Below are positions 60,426 through 64,000 of a stretch of DNA of 64,000 bases, piece after piece. The notes below the pieces were generated by a model. That model was not told where the DNA came from. It searched no databases and saw only the letters and a program-made list of their open reading frames with translations. Both the position numbers and the translations under genes were made by a program. The DNA lies in contig CAVYGN010000001.1 of assembly GCA_963768055.1 (NCBI GenBank), positions 1,216,001 to 1,280,000 on the forward strand. Direction: 5' to 3'. How positions within the stretch are numbered: position 1 is the stretch's first letter; the number at the start of each line of letters is the position of its first letter. This stretch comes from an uncultured Spirochaetota bacterium. GTDB lineage: Bacteria; Spirochaetota; Brevinematia; Brevinematales; JAOACQ01.

Positions 60426-60530
60426 ACGCTAATATTGACCGATTGTAATAAAAAATGCATATAATTATAAAACTTTTTATTAGCGATAACAAGAATTGCA
60501 ATAATACCGATATTATCTAAAGGAGCGGCT

Positions 60531-61025
60531 ATGAATCCTATCGATTTTGCGGTAATAGTTTTATTGATTGTCGGATTCGTCTGGGGTTTCAGCAAGGGTT
60601 TCATATACATGATATTCAGTCTCCTCGCTATAATCGGAGGCCTGTTTGTCGGCAACAAATTAGCCCCCATGATCGTTCCCGTTTTCCCGCAGCAATATTC
60701 GAAAATCGGTTACATAATAGTTTTTATTATAATATTTATTTTGATTTATGTTTTAATCAAGAAATTGACTTACCTTCTCAACGATATGGTCGAGTTCCTG
60801 GAGCTCGAATGGCTGGATAGCCTTCTCGGAGGCATTATCGGCCTGGTACAATTTCTTATAATCATCGGCGTCATTATATCTGTAGGAAATTCTTCCCGCT
60901 TTTTAAGTTTTATACCCGCTTTTCAGGATAGTAAAATTGCTTTTACAATATCAAATCTATCAATGCAGATCATCAACTTCGTGGCCGGCAACTTTTCCAT
61001 CGCATCAGTGAAGCCGCTGCTATAA
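60531..61025 (+). CDS. CvpA-family membrane protein
   Basis: IDF...GFSKGF...LDSLLGGIIG. Confidence 0.85.
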   Translation: MNPIDFAVIVLLIVGFVWGFSKGFIYMIFSLLAIIGGLFVGNKLAPMIVPVFPQQYSKIGYIIVFIIIFILIYVLIKKLTYLLNDMVEFLELEWLDSLLGGIIGLVQFLIIIGVIISVGNSSRFLSFIPAFQDSKIAFTISNLSMQIINFVAGNFSIASVKPLL

Positions 61026-61120
61026 GTTATTCGATCCAAGTTCTATTTCTTTTTATTTTCTTTCTTGACTGCTTATAGTATATTAATTAATATGAATATC
61101 AAGCATTGTTGAGGTTATAC

Positions 61121-62383
61121 ATGAAGATTTTATTTTCACTTGCAATAATATTCTTTATAACTCAATTATCATATACGCTGGAAAAAAAGGTGGCTGTATG
61201 CGAGATCAGGGAAGCAATAACACCGGTAACTGAGAAATATATAATAAGGAGCCTGGATGCGGCAAAATCAGGTAAATTTGACGCCGTAATATTTAAAATG
61301 GACACGCCCGGAGGCCTGCTCGACAGTACGCGCAGCATTGTACAGGCACTGCTTAATTCAACAATCGATACCATAGTTTACGTTTCTCCCTCAGGGGCAC
61401 GTGCAGGGTCCGCGGGAGTTTTTATTACATTATCCGCCAAATATGCGGCCATGGCCCCTGCATGTAATATCGGCGCCGCACATCCGGTGACAATCGGAAA
61501 CCAGGGAGGTGTGGAAAAAGAGGATGAAAACGCGAAACATCTTTCACAGAAAATTGAAAACGACTCAATTGCATTTATAAAATCAATCGCAAAGGAAAGA
61601 AAAAGAAATATTGAATGGGCCGTCGACTCGGTTAAAGAAAGCGTATCAATAACCAGCGAAGAAGCCCTGAAAAAGGGTGTTATAGATTTTATAGCAAAGG
61701 ATGATTCCGACCTTGTGAGACAGATCTATGGAAAAGATACTGTTTATCTTTTTCAGCCGATTAAAAAAAATTGGGCCGAATCTTTACTTAGTGTTCTGGC
61801 AAATCCGAATCTTGTTTATTTCCTTATGATTCTTGGTTTTTACGGGATCCTATATGAAATAATTCATCCGGGAACTATTTTTTCAGGCGCCACCGGCGCC
61901 TTACTCCTTATTGTTGCTCTTTTTTCGATGCAGTATCTTCCATTTAGCTTCGCCGGTTTTTTCCTTATTGTTCTGGCTTTTGTACTTTTTTTAATTGAAA
62001 TTTTCACAACATCGCATGGTTTTCTAATCATCGGAGGATTGATCAGCCTTATAATCGGTTCTGCAATGCTATTCGACTCTCCCCTGCCCTTCCTGAGGGT
62101 TTCTTACACCTCGATAGCAGTTGTTACAATAACTACCTTCCTTGTTTTTACCGGCCTTGTATATCTGATTTCAAAAGTACTATACAGGAAGGCTATATCC
62201 GGCAAAGACGGGATGATAGGCCAGAAGGGGGTTGCCTTTACAGATTTTATCGGAGGAAAGGGCAAAGTATTTTTTCATGGTGAAATCTGGAAAGCTAATT
62301 CTGAAACAGATATAAAAAAGGACAGCGATGTTACGATTAAAAGCATAAAAGGGCTAGAAATATCAGTTAGAGAACAGAAATGA
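61121..62383 (+). CDS. nfeD: NfeD-family membrane-bound serine protease (long form)
   Basis: MDTPGGL, RAGSAG, IGAAHPV, TM domain, C-terminal OB-fold GEIWKA; ATG 61121 after GAGG. Confidence 0.88.
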   Translation: MKILFSLAIIFFITQLSYTLEKKVAVCEIREAITPVTEKYIIRSLDAAKSGKFDAVIFKMDTPGGLLDSTRSIVQALLNSTIDTIVYVSPSGARAGSAGVFITLSAKYAAMAPACNIGAAHPVTIGNQGGVEKEDENAKHLSQKIENDSIAFIKSIAKERKRNIEWAVDSVKESVSITSEEALKKGVIDFIAKDDSDLVRQIYGKDTVYLFQPIKKNWAESLLSVLANPNLVYFLMILGFYGILYEIIHPGTIFSGATGALLLIVALFSMQYLPFSFAGFFLIVLAFVLFLIEIFTTSHGFLIIGGLISLIIGSAMLFDSPLPFLRVSYTSIAVVTITTFLVFTGLVYLISKVLYRKAISGKDGMIGQKGVAFTDFIGGKGKVFFHGEIWKANSETDIKKDSDVTIKSIKGLEISVREQK

Positions 62384-62516
62384 TTATAAAATTATTATTA
62401 AAAAATAGTATTCTATTAATTTCATAAATGAGTTAAAATAAAAGTATTATATTATAACCGTTTCAAATTTAAGTTATTAGAGTTGACCTTTTAATGAAAT
62501 TTGCCGGGAGTATGGA

Positions 62517-63215
62517 ATGGCTTCAAATGATAACTCGTACATTCAAAGAATAAATAACGGAAGGTCCTTTTCTATCAAGTTATATAATAACGACAGGGGC
62601 ATAAATAACTCGATCAAGAGAACAATTGAAAGTATTTTTATTAAATATAACAGGAATGATTTGAACGATATCATCTATTTTTGCATAAAAGAACTGATCC
62701 TGAATGCGATAATGACTAATGTAAAATCCCTTTTTTTTCAAAAAAATAAGCTCAATATAAACAACATCGCGGATTATGTCGCCGGAATTACAAAGTTTAA
62801 CGATATGATTGAAAAAAACGAGGCAAAAAAATATTTCGCTGCGCTTCCTGAAGAAGATCTCTGGGTAAAATTCAATGTGAAGCATAGTAAACATGGATTA
62901 AAATTCGAAATAACGAATAATTCCCCTATTGTAGGAATAGAGGAAAAACAGATCAGGATGAAGCTCCAGAAATCGATGATTTCCATAGATTTGATAGATT
63001 TTAACAATGACCTCGGATATGACGCCTATGATGAAAAGATGGGACTTGCCATGGTCGCAATGCTGCTTAAAAAGGCAAACCTGGATGTCAGCCTTTTTCG
63101 CGTAGGAACGACTAACGGTATAACACTCTCCCGCATCGAAGTGCCGTTCTCTTCAAAGTTCAGGTCCAGCAGGAATAAAAAACCCGTAATAAAAAATGCC
63201 GGGGACGAGACTTGA
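62517..63215 (+). CDS. Hypothetical protein with degenerate HATPase_c-like fold
   Basis: CIKELILNA (N-box-like), FEITNN, and KMGLAMV where GxGL would be expected. Confidence 0.55.
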   Translation: MASNDNSYIQRINNGRSFSIKLYNNDRGINNSIKRTIESIFIKYNRNDLNDIIYFCIKELILNAIMTNVKSLFFQKNKLNINNIADYVAGITKFNDMIEKNEAKKYFAALPEEDLWVKFNVKHSKHGLKFEITNNSPIVGIEEKQIRMKLQKSMISIDLIDFNNDLGYDAYDEKMGLAMVAMLLKKANLDVSLFRVGTTNGITLSRIEVPFSSKFRSSRNKKPVIKNAGDET

Positions 63216-63280
63216 ACTCACACAGGCTAACGCCCACTAGCCCCTCAAGCTAGCGTGTCTACCAATTCCACCACCCCGGC
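63197..63280 (-). tRNA. tRNA-Leu (anticodon GAG), CCA not encoded
   Basis: GCCGGGGTGGTGGAATTGGTAGACACGCTAGCTT-GAG-GGGCTAGT, long variable arm, GTTCAAGTC T-loop, ...CCCCGGCA. Confidence 0.95.
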
Positions 63281-63293
63281 ACAATTGAAAAAT

Positions 63294-63322
63294 ATTATAA
63301 GGGGTCACATTCCTTTAGTCAA
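63294..63322 (-). promoter_or_regulatory. sigma70 promoter of tRNA-Leu
   Basis: Minus strand TTGACT-17 bp-TATAAT, 13 bp upstream of the tRNA. Confidence 0.75.
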
Positions 63323-63336
63323 ATTATCTTATTTAA

Positions 63337-64000
63337 CTAAAAATTAATTTCGTCACCGATATAAAACCTTGTATATACTCCATCGGAGCCGATCAAAATC
63401 CCAAACGAATCTACCTTGAAAAATTCCTTTTTAAGAGAAACCTCGTAAAGAGTTGGGGCGTAATTCATTATCAACTCCCTGAAACCCAGGGTAAATTCAT
63501 GCCAGGTTACCGCTTCCTCAAGCCTTACCCAGATATTTCCTGTAAGGGGATCATAAGTCTGGTCAGCGGAATTTGTTGTGCCTCCCCCCCAGTAAATCCC
63601 CTCAAGAATGCCATTGAAGGTAAAATCCCCAGCCTGGTATTTTCCCCCGAAACTCAACTGGCTGCAGGTCGCTATATTAGAAAGGCCGGTATCGAACCAG
63701 TTTGTAACTATCTCCGAATGCTGAAATAAAGCTCTTATATAGAAATTATCGAAAGTAATTTTCCCAAGAATCGCCTTGGGTATATCGTGCCTGAAATCCC
63801 CCTGGGAATAAGCCAGTTCGAAATGATCATCCATGTAGCCTGCCCTGATCCCCGCCGGCGGCACGACATAATTAATATTGTTGTTTACGTACTGCGGAGG
63901 CGAATCATAAGTCTCCGTCGAGTTATTTCCGTTTATATACGATGGAAAAAGCATGAAAGTTTCGGTATTGAACTGGTAGACGGCCGCTCCTCGCAGGGAA
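63337..64000 (-). CDS. Hypothetical protein, probable outer-membrane beta-barrel; 5' end outside the window
   Basis: The frame stays open to the window edge (SLRGAAVYQFNTETFMLFP...); alternating aromatic beta strands; terminal Phe (GDEINF). Confidence 0.55.
   Translation of the reverse strand, partial: SLRGAAVYQFNTETFMLFPSYINGNNSTETYDSPPQYVNNNINYVVPPAGIRAGYMDDHFELAYSQGDFRHDIPKAILGKITFDNFYIRALFQHSEIVTNWFDTGLSNIATCSQLSFGGKYQAGDFTFNGILEGIYWGGGTTNSADQTYDPLTGNIWVRLEEAVTWHEFTLGFRELIMNYAPTLYEVSLKKEFFKVDSFGILIGSDGVYTRFYIGDEINF

Overview
Gene-dense bacterial chromosomal window, roughly 40% GC by eye. The gene set is tentatively spirochete-like: a V/A-type ATPase, LIC_10190-like membrane proteins and spirochete-style hypotheticals. 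Most of it is housekeeping: an 11-gene V/A-ATPase cluster, CCA-adding enzyme, carA, purF, a truncated metH, hslVU, queE, glgB, galU, paaK, rarA and tRNA-Leu(GAG). No transposase, prophage or CRISPR array was seen. The most striking feature is a tandem pair of CHASE2-type class III nucleotide cyclases (53473-57702) with reciprocal loss of catalytic residues. One lacks the first metal-binding Asp and the other lacks the transition-state Asn/Arg, so they are predicted to work only as a heterodimer, like mammalian C1/C2. Also notable are an unrecognised structured, possibly pseudoknotted leader upstream of metH, three other structured intergenic regions, CofE-like and USP genes inside the ATPase operon, an acyltransferase/MelB-family transporter pair, and a decayed C45 Ntn-hydrolase. 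All calls come from motif recognition by eye; no database searches were run.
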